Below, piece after piece: positions 15,678-24,381 of a stretch of 42,012 bases of DNA (positions are counted from its first letter, which is position 1; every line of letters starts with the position of its first letter). The DNA comes from a virus: the IMG/VR virus record IMGVR_UViG_3300031539_000101, positions 1 through 42,012 of that record. One strand, 5' to 3'. Below the pieces are notes generated by a model. That model ran no database searches, was not told the DNA's origin, and saw only the letters and a program-made list of their open reading frames with translations. Made by a program: the position numbers and the translations under genes.

Positions 15678-16727
15678 CTAGTCTGTGTCTTGCGTATCGA
15701 CGATCTTGAACAACTGATCGCCGCTCGCTCGATCGACATCCAGTTTCCCAACGAATGTAATAGGGCACGGCATTGGATTCCGGTCGTCATCGGCAGGGAA
15801 TGCCAGATTCAGTCCGGCCCCGATGTACGCCTTGTATATCCACATGATCCAGGTCTTAGCTGGCGTACTTACATCAGAGTTAGTGAGCTTGATGATTAGC
15901 GGAGACTTGGTGGTCAACCCGCCGAACGTGATCGTGCGGGAAGTGAGTGGAGTATAGGTGTAGTCGCAATAGACCGTTGCGGCTGTTGCGATACCACCGC
16001 GCGTGATCGTTGTCGATGCAGAAGCAACCTCAGTCGCAACGGCTTCCGATACCGTTATCACTGCGTCCGTTGCGGTGACGACGGTCTTTATGCCATTGTT
16101 CGCAGCAATGCCGCATCCGGTAATGGTGATGTGATCTCCGGGTGCCAAGATTTCAGCAAATCCCGAAGACCCAGATGTGTAGGTGCCTGCGATGTTTGGT
16201 GTGATATCAGCCGCCGCCGTCTCGATTGCCGCTGGATATGCTCGCGCAATCGCGGTAGATCCATTTGGCAACGTGGTAACAACATAGTCGCAATCACGAA
16301 CCCAAGTAATCGTCGGCGCTGCGTCATTCCCAACGACAAAAGCCGTGACTTCAGTCCCGTCACCGTTCTTGTAAGTCAGTTCGGTGAGTTCATAGAGCGT
16401 TAGCACATGGGTTTCGTCGGTGATGTTTGCCGGTGCCGCCGCTACCGTGTCAGGTGTTCCGATACCAGCGAACGCAATCCCTAGATTGGCAACGTTGATT
16501 TCTTTCCAGATAGCGGAGACCGTGATCATCTCCTTTGTGATTCCCTCTTCGATGATCCCCGCGTTGTCAGATGGAACGGTTATGTCTTCCCAACTGTGGA
16601 CGGCCGTTGCGTCCTCTAGCGCCCCCACGTCCGTATACCCGCCGCCGTGAGGCCCGATCTCAAACTTGACCGACCCAATACGAAAGGTCTTTGAATCTTG
16701 AATCGTTGTTTGCTGTTTGTACGCCAC
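15678..16727 (-). CDS. Major tail protein (tube)
   Basis: 349 aa; GTG start with AGGAGTG SD. It lies immediately upstream of the G/GT chaperones. Thr/Ala/Gly/Val-rich beta-type sequence. Its size suggests a C-terminal Ig-like extension. Confidence 0.65.
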   Translation of the reverse strand: MAYKQQTTIQDSKTFRIGSVKFEIGPHGGGYTDVGALEDATAVHSWEDITVPSDNAGIIEEGITKEMITVSAIWKEINVANLGIAFAGIGTPDTVAAAPANITDETHVLTLYELTELTYKNGDGTEVTAFVVGNDAAPTITWVRDCDYVVTTLPNGSTAIARAYPAAIETAAADITPNIAGTYTSGSSGFAEILAPGDHITITGCGIAANNGIKTVVTATDAVITVSEAVATEVASASTTITRGGIATAATVYCDYTYTPLTSRTITFGGLTTKSPLIIKLTNSDVSTPAKTWIMWIYKAYIGAGLNLAFPADDDRNPMPCPITFVGKLDVDRASGDQLFKIVDTQDTD

Positions 16728-16751
16728 AATATCACACTCCTATGTGAACTC

Positions 16752-17126
16752 TCACTCTTCCCAGTAATCCATTCTGTAATCTGCCGGGAACGTTTCCCGC
16801 CCTGTCTCTGCATCGTAAATGTGAACGTCGTTCAGGAACGTAATCTGTTCCACCCTCATCCCCGCAACTATCCCTTCATACCTCTGAAGCGCCTGTCTAA
16901 TCGCCGTCGCCAGTGTCTCGCCGTCATCGTATGTCGTAGCCCATGCCGTCACCTGCATTCGTGGATGGGCATAGTCCAGTAGTGCATCCTGATCGCCGCT
17001 TACCTTCTGAATCGTGATGACTGGCAATGTCGGCGTCTGAGGTACACGCGGATAGATCCTTGTGGTAATCGCCGCCACGTCAATATCTGCCAGCAAGATC
17101 GTTCTCAGCGTCTTGTATGGACTCAT
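16752..17126 (-). CDS. Tail completion/terminator protein (DUF3168-like)
   Basis: 124 aa. TLRTILLADIDVAAITTRIYPRVPQTPTLPVITIQKVSG matches the pattern of DUF3168 tail-completion proteins. It lies just before the major tail gene. Confidence 0.6.
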   Translation of the reverse strand: MSPYKTLRTILLADIDVAAITTRIYPRVPQTPTLPVITIQKVSGDQDALLDYAHPRMQVTAWATTYDDGETLATAIRQALQRYEGIVAGMRVEQITFLNDVHIYDAETGRETFPADYRMDYWEE

Positions 17127-17584
17127 GCCGCCGCCTTCACCTTTGCAACCACCATTGCAACAGCCAGCCTAGTCTCTGTCTGCACGGCTTCTCTGTTGTT
17201 GTCGAGGGCCGGACGCAGGTATGGCTTATGCAAGAACTCTTGCGTCGGCCCGTAGATAACATCTGTCCCAACCAACACAACAGCCAGTCCGGTCTTCTCC
17301 AGCAATTTCCCAACCTTCGCAACCTCCCCGGCGGCCACTGGCATCTGCCGGATTATTGCCTCATCCGAATCTGGCTGAGGTTCAGTGATATTCCCGGTCA
17401 GTGTGCCAATGTGGATTGACCGTCTCAAGTTTCCGGTGAGGTAAGGGGCCAATTCCTTTGCCGCATTCGACACGGGAAACGCCCCAGCAAGCAACGCAGC
17501 TCCAAAGCCCTTCCACATTTGATCCTTAATCTCCTTGAACTTGGCCATCAGTTCATTCGCGCCCGTCACCTTCATCTCGATCAT
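17123..17584 (-). CDS. HK97 gp10-like tail component
   Basis: 153 aa from MIEMKVTGANELMAKFKEI. AKELAPYLTGNLRRSIHIG is the characteristic gp10-family motif (tGnLrrSI). The start overlaps the upstream stop (TAATG). The longer track ORF (to 17815) overlaps the previous gene. Confidence 0.7.
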   Translation of the reverse strand: MIEMKVTGANELMAKFKEIKDQMWKGFGAALLAGAFPVSNAAKELAPYLTGNLRRSIHIGTLTGNITEPQPDSDEAIIRQMPVAAGEVAKVGKLLEKTGLAVVLVGTDVIYGPTQEFLHKPYLRPALDNNREAVQTETRLAVAMVVAKVKAAA

Positions 17585-18264
17585 TAGGTCCCCAAGAAGT
17601 ATCGGATATGCACCGTGGCCGTTTTCGCCGCCGCCGTCTCGCACATCGCCCGGTAGTAAATCGTCTCGCCTGCTGGGATGTGTGCTCCACGGCATTGTGG
17701 AGATTGAAAAACTGGCAAGTTGTTCGTCTCGGAGATAATCCGCCATCGGCCTACGACAATATGTGAGGACCCATACGAAATCTCGAACATATATCTCTTC
17801 GAGGCTTCGCTGCACTCCTCGACTACCAGTCCCGCGATATGCCCAGCCTTAGACGCGAATGCCGTAGAAAGGGCTGCCGCCGCGCTATCGACAATCTCCG
17901 TATACCCGCTCCAAGTATCCGCGTCAGCATGAGCCGTCATCGTGCAGGTCAAACCGGTCGTGGCAGGGAAGATCGCCGTTTCATGCATCGAAACGTCTAT
18001 CAGATGGTCAACATCCGTCTGCATTGTCGCCAGATCGGTAGCCAATGCAGCATCGTCCGTACCGCGCATAGCGGTCGTTGGAATCTGCTGGATAGCTGTA
18101 ACCAATTGCTTGACCATCGCCATCACTGTCTTGTCATCACCAACGGCCCCCGTCGCCGCCGCTGTATCTAACTCCCCGACAATCGCCTTGAAGACAGGGA
18201 CGCCCCACTGTTCATCAAACTTCGAGAACCCTGTCAATCCTGTTCCTGGACTATGCTCAGACAT
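17584..18264 (-). CDS. Hypothetical protein inside the connector module
   Basis: 226 aa; GGGAGGTG SD; no motif recognised. Confidence 0.65.
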   Translation of the reverse strand: MSEHSPGTGLTGFSKFDEQWGVPVFKAIVGELDTAAATGAVGDDKTVMAMVKQLVTAIQQIPTTAMRGTDDAALATDLATMQTDVDHLIDVSMHETAIFPATTGLTCTMTAHADADTWSGYTEIVDSAAAALSTAFASKAGHIAGLVVEECSEASKRYMFEISYGSSHIVVGRWRIISETNNLPVFQSPQCRGAHIPAGETIYYRAMCETAAAKTATVHIRYFLGT

Positions 18265-18275
18265 TCCACACCTCC

Positions 18276-18587
18276 CTACGCATCGGCGTTATCCGTCTCG
18301 TGCCACCATTCCACAACCGCGCCGGTCGCGCCATCACACCACACATCGCTCACGTTATCCGTTGCGACCTTCGCGCTTGCTCCCGCTTCCAGTGTGGCAA
18401 GATGAAGCTCCGCGATCGCCTTCGTCTTCCCGAAGTAGATGTAAGCTCCTTCCGCATTCCCTGGGTGCGCGTGGATCGTCAGGAAGAACCCCTGTGGAAT
18501 CCTGTGGGCAGTCAACTGCTGTGCGGTCCCCGCTGCCGCTATTGTTAGCGACCCCACCTCAAACGTCGTCTTGTTACTTGCTGGCAT
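18276..18587 (-). CDS. Hypothetical protein inside the connector module
   Basis: 103 aa; GAGGTGAGG SD; its start overlaps the upstream stop. Confidence 0.65.
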   Translation of the reverse strand: MPASNKTTFEVGSLTIAAAGTAQQLTAHRIPQGFFLTIHAHPGNAEGAYIYFGKTKAIAELHLATLEAGASAKVATDNVSDVWCDGATGAVVEWWHETDNADA

Positions 18588-18949
18588 TACCTCACCTCAC
18601 TCGTTAATATTCTTGTCGTCATCCCGTGGCTGTCGCTCTGCGCTAGAAGGATGTCAAAGACCACACCATCAACCACCGCTCGCATCTTCTCAGTGATGAG
18701 TGGATAATAGCCGCGCAGAGACAGCGTATAGTTCGATACCACGTAAGTCTGATCTGGCTGCTTAACCTCTCGCCCTTTGTTCGGCCCGTGAGCGCACGGG
18801 ATTTCCACATGCCCAGCAAAGCTCTGCCAGTCATGCACAACCTGCCCGTATTCATCTTCAACCCCAACGTCCTCCTGAATGGTGCATAGAGACGGGAAGT
18901 AATCCGCCAACGTCACCATCATTCTGGGATCGAAGATAGCTCTAGTCAT
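18587..18949 (-). CDS. Head-tail joining / head closure protein (SPP1 gp16-like)
   Basis: 120 aa. The layout ..EDEYGQVVHDWQSFAGHVEIPCAHGPNKGREV...YTLSLRGYYPLITEKMRAVVDGVVFDIL is typical of the Phage_H_T_join family. Confidence 0.6.
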   Translation of the reverse strand: MTRAIFDPRMMVTLADYFPSLCTIQEDVGVEDEYGQVVHDWQSFAGHVEIPCAHGPNKGREVKQPDQTYVVSNYTLSLRGYYPLITEKMRAVVDGVVFDILLAQSDSHGMTTRILTSEVR

Positions 18950-19343
18950 CTCTTATTGCCTCGTTGATTGCTTGCTCACGCCAAGAGAATGGACCAAGCG
19001 CCATTTCCGCAATCTCGAATCCAGCATCCGACGATGAAGTGATAGCATCTGCTCGAAGCACAGCCGCCCGCATCCGCATCTCTCTAGACACCGCCGCACC
19101 GTCTGTTACAACATCGAGTAGTTCAACCACCTTCAGGATCATCACCTGATTCGATGCCCACGATTCCAAGGCAAGCGCCGAAGCGTTGAACACACTATCC
19201 CCGTCCATGCTGCCAGCTATCGTAAGGAAGCAATCAATTTCATCGTCATCATAAAACTGATTCGCTACAGTAACGGTATCCGTATCCTGAATCAGAAGAC
19301 GCACCTTGCCCCGGTCAGTCGCCAGATCGTATGTGAATGACAT
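18942..19343 (-). CDS. Head-tail connector/adaptor candidate
   Basis: 133 aa. DLATDRGKVRLLIQDTDT....YDDDEIDCFL resembles gp6-like head-tail connector N-termini. It is the first gene after the capsid block. Confidence 0.5.
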   Translation of the reverse strand: MSFTYDLATDRGKVRLLIQDTDTVTVANQFYDDDEIDCFLTIAGSMDGDSVFNASALALESWASNQVMILKVVELLDVVTDGAAVSREMRMRAAVLRADAITSSSDAGFEIAEMALGPFSWREQAINEAIRDD

Positions 19344-19345
19344 CG

Positions 19346-19513
19346 CTACTCCTCGTTTATCTCAACTCCGCCCAATCCTGCGATCCAACACGCGAATGCA
19401 AAGAACGGGCGAGCGATAAAAATCCTACACCTTGCTTTCTCGTAGTTCTTGATATTGATTCGACAGATCAACCCTTTTACCGTCGACGTCATATCATGCT
19501 CTTGCATTCTCAT
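19346..19513 (-). CDS. Candidate 55-aa ORF in the capsid-connector gap
   Basis: MRMQEHDMTSTVKGLICRINIKNYEKARCRIFIARPFFAFACWIAGLGGVEINEE. AAGGAG lies 5 nt upstream. The ORF ends 2 nt before the next ATG. Confidence 0.35.
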   Translation of the reverse strand: MRMQEHDMTSTVKGLICRINIKNYEKARCRIFIARPFFAFACWIAGLGGVEINEE

Positions 19514-19536
19514 TTCATCTCCTTAGATCGCAATCA

Positions 19537-19603
19537 GGATTCCCGGTTGGTCGTAGTGGGCCTTTATACTTTGATCGTGCTCCCTTACGTCAACCAGGAA
19601 TCC
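19537..19603 (-). promoter_or_regulatory. Long-range inverted repeat immediately after the capsid gene
   Basis: ggattcccggttg (19537..19549) against caaccaggaatcc (19591..19603): 12 of 13 positions complementary, enclosing 41 nt. Confidence 0.35.
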
Positions 19604-19612
19604 CCTAGCGAT

Positions 19613-20764
19613 TTATCCAGTACCAATCTGCGCATAGGCGCAGCGAGGATCGAGATAGCATCCACCCAACACCACACGCACACGATAGAACACGTTGTCC
19701 GTTGCGAAGTCTCCGTCAAACGGAGAGATCGGAGCGCCAGTCATGGTGACCTTATCACTCGCCTTCATGCAGATTTCCGGCCCTTCATGCCCGCGTAGAT
19801 AGTCAAGCCCGATGGCATGTCCAAATCCAGTGTCCGCGAACATGTACCATGTGGTGTTAACATTCGCGCTCACGTCAATCTGAGACAACCACGGATCGAT
19901 ATGCAACTGGAATCCCATCTGAGGAACAATGTTCGTTGTCGGAACCGGCACGCCTCCACCTGCCCCAACTTCAGTCCACTGCTGCAACGCAGAGGTCATA
20001 AATGATCGCATATCCCACTCAAGCGCGGGTGGAGCTACGATGTGTATTCCGCGAATGTTCAATGGTCGTCCTTTCACGTCTGTCTGTTGGGCAATCAGCC
20101 CAGCAGTCGCCTGTATGTTTGCAATCGACGCAGGCAACACGCCACGGTTCGTGACGTTCACACCGTTGACATCAGCGATAGGCGTACCAAACAACAGAGC
20201 GTCCGGTCCAGCCGCATCAGCATATAGCCCCGTCACTTCGTTGTGTTCCGTGTTGATCGCCATCTTCGCGTAGTCTTCGGGGATGTCAGCGAACGCGCCC
20301 ATACCATCATTGATCAACGCTTCCCAGGAAATGTCGAACTGCTCGCCCAACTTGCGTACCTGTCGCGTATACTGAGTATCCGATCCAGGCGTTACAAGGT
20401 ACTCACCCTTCTCGTTGACTTCTCGCAACACGCCACGCCCGCCATTTCTCCGACTTCGTGTATGCTGGTTGAAGTTCGGAACTGTTCCCATCTTCGTATA
20501 CGCGGCAAACTCCGGCTGGACAATCCCATACTGCGCCATTAACTCACGCTCAACGATCGTCCCGAACAAATGGGGAAAATCAGTCGTGGTAACGGCCTCT
20601 TCCAGCACCGCCGCGTGTGCCCGTGGTCTGAGTCCAGCCTTGTTGTTGATCAGGTCCAGCCCGCGCTCAATCTGTTGCTCGGTAAACCTGCGACCAATTG
20701 GCTCCCACCCCTTCCACTCCAACCCTGCTTCTGCAAATATCGTGCCAAGATCCATATCAGGCAT
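19613..20764 (-). CDS. Major capsid protein, Mu gpT-like
   Basis: About 383 aa (the track starts at a GTG at 20773). GRPLNIRGIHIVAPPALEWDMR and FDISWEALINDGMGAF parallel Mu gpT segments GRPLDIRPNLLVVPTTL and GISRDDFEDDNLGIY as I recall them. It lies downstream of the portal/MuF/protease genes. Confidence 0.65.
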   Translation of the reverse strand: MPDMDLGTIFAEAGLEWKGWEPIGRRFTEQQIERGLDLINNKAGLRPRAHAAVLEEAVTTTDFPHLFGTIVERELMAQYGIVQPEFAAYTKMGTVPNFNQHTRSRRNGGRGVLREVNEKGEYLVTPGSDTQYTRQVRKLGEQFDISWEALINDGMGAFADIPEDYAKMAINTEHNEVTGLYADAAGPDALLFGTPIADVNGVNVTNRGVLPASIANIQATAGLIAQQTDVKGRPLNIRGIHIVAPPALEWDMRSFMTSALQQWTEVGAGGGVPVPTTNIVPQMGFQLHIDPWLSQIDVSANVNTTWYMFADTGFGHAIGLDYLRGHEGPEICMKASDKVTMTGAPISPFDGDFATDNVFYRVRVVLGGCYLDPRCAYAQIGTG

Positions 20765-20800
20765 CTTTTTCACCTATCCTCTTCAGAGGTCCCCCCAAGC

Positions 20801-21130
20801 TCACGCCGTTGCTGCTGCTTTCCCTTTACGTGGCGCTGCTTCGGGCGTCGTCCCCTTCCTTTTTTTCGCTGCTGCCGTCGCTCGCTCGGACCGCTCTTTT
20901 TTGGCATTGGCTTCCTTCACTGCCAACCGGCCAACTTCATTCTGTTCGTCGGTCTTGATGTCCTTTTGCGTAGCCTCAAGCATCACACCCTGAGCCTCCA
21001 TCTGTGTCACTTGGAGGTCGATCCCTTCAATGGCGATTTCGTGCTCGCGGCGCTCATATGCCAGCTTCCCGAGTTGCCCTCTAATGTATCCAATCCTGTT
21101 TTGCAGGTTGGAGTTAGTTATCTCGTTCAT
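20801..21130 (-). CDS. Hypothetical coiled-coil protein with a basic tail (head module)
   Basis: 109 aa from MNEITNSNLQNRIGYIRGQLGKL; GGAGGTG SD. The upstream extension in the track overlaps the previous gene. Confidence 0.6.
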   Translation of the reverse strand: MNEITNSNLQNRIGYIRGQLGKLAYERREHEIAIEGIDLQVTQMEAQGVMLEATQKDIKTDEQNEVGRLAVKEANAKKERSERATAAAKKRKGTTPEAAPRKGKAAATA

Positions 21131-21158
21131 CCGCGCACCTCCATGATGCTCAGATTTC

Positions 21159-22160
21159 CTAGCTTCCTGTCTGGTTGTATGCCAACAGGTAGTGCAACGT
21201 CCCGGCAATGTCAACGGGGAGCTGATAGCAAACACCCGTATCGCTCGGGTTCGTGGTAACTGCCAGAATCCCGAACGAATCGACCGTGTCGAAACGCATC
21301 ACAGACATCAGCGTTCCATCGGTGTCTTTCTGCTGGAAGCGGATGCCTGTCAGCACGTCGTGAGCCGTTCCTGCACCCTCAGCAAGAATCTCGATACCAG
21401 CAGCCATAGCCGATCCGCCGCCGCCGTTGTCGATGTTAATCTTCAAAGGCATCATGGTTCCAAGTTTCCCGGCCATATCGTGATGGCACTTGAATTCAGC
21501 AACGCCCAGATTTCCAACATCCGCATCGGCGTTGGTCGTCATTCTGAAGTTCATCGCCTGGATGGTCTCGCCAGCAGTCATCGCTCGTGACGGAGCCAAG
21601 AATGCCTTCAACCAGGTTTGCTCCCTGAGCGCATCTGTCGGATTAAGCAACAGCTCGTCATCTCGTGCTCCAAGAAGTACGTGGAGCCAGTCGTTACGAT
21701 GCTCGTGCACCTTCACCGCAACCAGCGTTGGAACGGTCAACGAAGCGGTAACGGCGCTCTCCGTGATTCCGAACGGGATGAAGTTCTGTGGGTCGCTCTC
21801 GCCCGATAACATGTACGGATCGCCAACCGTGCCAGCAGCCTTCTTGATGAAAACGCGCTGCCCTGGCGTCAATGCCTGAGCCAACCCGTCATCCGTCCCA
21901 TCACTCACAATACCTAGGACGTTCAACCAGAAGATCCCTTCAGTGTCAATTGTGATCATGTCCGTGGCCGCAGCCGCGCCCTTCAGCGTGACTCCAACCG
22001 TGTCGCCATAGTGGACAGGATCTTTCCCATCTACGAATCCATCAGCATGGTACGGGTGAATAAGCACCGACTCTTCAAACGTCAGCATTCGGCCTTCGTA
22101 AGTCGAGCTGGCTTGCTCGCCCGCGCTTTGTCCGGTATTCACATATTTGTTTACAGGCAT
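21159..22160 (-). CDS. Hypothetical large head-module protein (decoration/auxiliary capsid candidate)
   Basis: 333 aa; AGGAGGATGAG SD. It lies between the protease/scaffold candidate and the capsid gene. No motif recognised. Confidence 0.6.
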   Translation of the reverse strand: MPVNKYVNTGQSAGEQASSTYEGRMLTFEESVLIHPYHADGFVDGKDPVHYGDTVGVTLKGAAAATDMITIDTEGIFWLNVLGIVSDGTDDGLAQALTPGQRVFIKKAAGTVGDPYMLSGESDPQNFIPFGITESAVTASLTVPTLVAVKVHEHRNDWLHVLLGARDDELLLNPTDALREQTWLKAFLAPSRAMTAGETIQAMNFRMTTNADADVGNLGVAEFKCHHDMAGKLGTMMPLKINIDNGGGGSAMAAGIEILAEGAGTAHDVLTGIRFQQKDTDGTLMSVMRFDTVDSFGILAVTTNPSDTGVCYQLPVDIAGTLHYLLAYNQTGS

Positions 22161-22169
22161 CTCATCCTC

Positions 22170-23270
22170 CTAGTTGTAAAAGAGTTCAGCCAATCGCTTG
22201 CACTCTTCCTCGGTTCCTTTTCGCTCGGCAAAATACTGCGCCGCTTTCCTAGACACACGTCCTTCATGCCCGGCTTCGTCGAATTCATCGCTACCGCCGC
22301 CCATGCCGTGAATACCAGGCTTCGTCTTGTTGATCGCCTCGACGTACTCAACCTCTGCCTTGATTGCTTCTGCCATGAGTGTCGTCAGCGCGTCACCGTC
22401 CAGCTTGCCTTCCTTCATCGGTGCAGCCTTCGTAAGTGATTCGATCAGGCGCGTCCGTGTGACATCTGGCAAGGCGTGCTTCTTGTCGTTTACCGCTACG
22501 ACGATAATGTCCTTTGCATCGCGCAGGGCGATTGCCTCAGCCAGCTTCGCGTTGTCAGCCACGAGCGTCTTGTTCGCTTCGGTCAAGGTCGTTACCTTTC
22601 CCTCGGCTTCGGTCAACTTCGTCTGTGCTTCTTTCAGTTCCATCGTTTCCCCCTCTTCTTTTGGTTTCGCTTCCAGGAATTCCATGAATCGCTCTTCCTC
22701 GGATCGTCCGTCGTTCTCCATGAATTCCGAATTCTTCATCCAGTCCGCGACCTTTGCCCTTGCAGCTTCCGTTGCTACTTCAAACAAAGGCACCATCCGT
22801 CCGCCTCTACCTGACTGTGTAACTAGATCAAACCCTGCCCCAGGATTGAACTTCTCGACAACCTTCGTTTTCTTCCCGCCGATTGTCTCCATGATGGAGC
22901 TGCCACTAGCGCGGAGCGATACGCCGATATCCTCTGCCAGGGTTTCCACGAAAGGCCGCCAATGTTCTGCAACCTTGAATTCGCTATACAGCCCTGGCCC
23001 CTTCGGTCCATTCTTGTCAAAAGCCGGTGTGCCAATAACAGGTCCGAGCAGATCGTGCAATGACCGTTCCTGTCGCTCTTTCCTCTCTGATGTAGTTGGA
23101 TGGTCGATGTACACCATGCCTCCAACCCAGCCGCCGCCAGCTTCATCCCAATACCGAGTAAACGCAGACCCGTCACGCGATAGCTGCTCCTCTTTGTAGT
23201 ATGCAGAAGTGCCTTGTCCAGGGCTGATTACTCGCACCCGCGCTATTCCGTCCTTGTTGATGAATTTCAT
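22170..23270 (-). CDS. Prohead protease / scaffolding fusion candidate
   Basis: 366 aa. The N-terminal globular part carries YIDHPT...ERSLHDLLGPVIG...GLY (a prohead-protease-like His...G...GL layout). The C-terminal half is a Lys/Glu/Ala coiled coil (MELKEAQTKLTEAEGKVTTLTEANKTLVADNAKLAEAIAL). Position and size match Mu gpI. Confidence 0.45.
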   Translation of the reverse strand: MKFINKDGIARVRVISPGQGTSAYYKEEQLSRDGSAFTRYWDEAGGGWVGGMVYIDHPTTSERKERQERSLHDLLGPVIGTPAFDKNGPKGPGLYSEFKVAEHWRPFVETLAEDIGVSLRASGSSIMETIGGKKTKVVEKFNPGAGFDLVTQSGRGGRMVPLFEVATEAARAKVADWMKNSEFMENDGRSEEERFMEFLEAKPKEEGETMELKEAQTKLTEAEGKVTTLTEANKTLVADNAKLAEAIALRDAKDIIVVAVNDKKHALPDVTRTRLIESLTKAAPMKEGKLDGDALTTLMAEAIKAEVEYVEAINKTKPGIHGMGGGSDEFDEAGHEGRVSRKAAQYFAERKGTEEECKRLAELFYN

Positions 23271-23581
23271 GATGCCCCCCCATGTGGGACCAACTCTCCC
23301 GCCTGTTCAACGAATGACATCTCAGAACGCTCGACCGCCTCTGTCGCTATTCGCGCATCCTCTTCCTCAAGCGCCTTCCGTAGCGCCTCTCGCAGAGAGA
23401 TCGACTCGCCCAGCCTACCAACGACCGCATTCGCCTGCTTGATCGCAGAGGCTTCGCAATCCTCTTTCCCGGCCTTCTCGCAAGCCGCTAGCGCCCCATT
23501 CGCAATCTCTACCCACGTCTTTTTCTCTTTCGCAGTCAGCCCCTTCTTGAAGCCTTCTACGTCCTCGACAGTCCAAGGCAT
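23267..23581 (-). CDS. Hypothetical protein
   Basis: 104 aa; GGGAGGGG SD; ATGA overlap with the next gene. Confidence 0.65.
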   Translation of the reverse strand: MPWTVEDVEGFKKGLTAKEKKTWVEIANGALAACEKAGKEDCEASAIKQANAVVGRLGESISLREALRKALEEEDARIATEAVERSEMSFVEQAGELVPHGGAS

Positions 23582-23582
23582 T

Positions 23583-24338
23583 TCACCCCTCCCGTGAAAC
23601 TCTGTATTGCACGTTGCAGCGACAGCCAGGAAATCTGGGATACGTCATGTCGCCGCTATCGAACGCCTCATCATTCTGAATCCATCCGTTGTCTGCGTTC
23701 CTCTGACATCCATCACTCACGTTGTCATCCCCAACCGTGTGCCAGCTCTTCTCCATCTTGATTCCAGTCGATTCAATCTCATCAATCAGCGTCGTCTCGC
23801 CATGCGCATACGCAACAGCGTTTTCGTTGATGGCGACAAGATGCGCCCTTGACTCAATGTGTAGTTGTGGTTTGCCAACAGCGAACTCCTCAAACCGCTT
23901 GGAGATCTGACGCGCTACCGTGTCATAGCTTGCGCCCTTCTCAAGGCCGCGCGTGACCATGCCCCGGATAGTCTCTTTCGTGGTATCGTTGACGGCTGAT
24001 ACATCAATGGCCGCCTGCGTCCGCGCCCATTTGACGGCTTCCGGCTGCTTTAACTTGAACGCAGTTTGCATCCCCACTTCTTCGGCCATTGCCGTGTAGC
24101 CTTGACTGACAGCAGGAACCATCCCCGCTGCGAAGATCTCTTCACCGTTGCGCACCGTCACCATGATTGCGCTGTCGAACATCGCATCGAAGTCGCTCTC
24201 AACCGACTCGGAGAAGTACCTCTTCATCTTTGGCAACGCCTTGGAAATGACACGCCCTTGCTGCCGGAACCATGCTGCGACCTTCTTCTCAAGGCGCTTG
24301 ACAGCACGCTCCCGCGCCAATACAGAAACGGCCTCCAC
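23583..24338 (-). CDS. Head morphogenesis protein, Mu F / SPP1 gp7 family
   Basis: 251 aa. It directly follows the portal gene. The C-terminal ..YPRFPGCRCNVQYRV is the signature end of Phage_Mu_F domains. The start codon is uncertain (GTG at 24338 or a TTG 18 nt downstream). Confidence 0.75.
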   Translation of the reverse strand: MEAVSVLARERAVKRLEKKVAAWFRQQGRVISKALPKMKRYFSESVESDFDAMFDSAIMVTVRNGEEIFAAGMVPAVSQGYTAMAEEVGMQTAFKLKQPEAVKWARTQAAIDVSAVNDTTKETIRGMVTRGLEKGASYDTVARQISKRFEEFAVGKPQLHIESRAHLVAINENAVAYAHGETTLIDEIESTGIKMEKSWHTVGDDNVSDGCQRNADNGWIQNDEAFDSGDMTYPRFPGCRCNVQYRVSREG

Positions 24339-24381
24339 GAGAGAGGCCGTACACTTAGAGATGCGCGTCAGGGCTTGAGTG

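Noticed and set aside
9087-23199. Long plus-strand ORFs (e.g. 9087..9770, 12949..13452, 13459..13986, 14692..15210, 17942..18607, 20570..21259, 22327..23199)
   Set aside because: Each lies entirely antisense to a well-supported minus-strand gene and has no SD. Their products are Ser/Pro/Arg/Ala-rich and low in complexity, as is typical of shadow frames in GC-moderate coding DNA.
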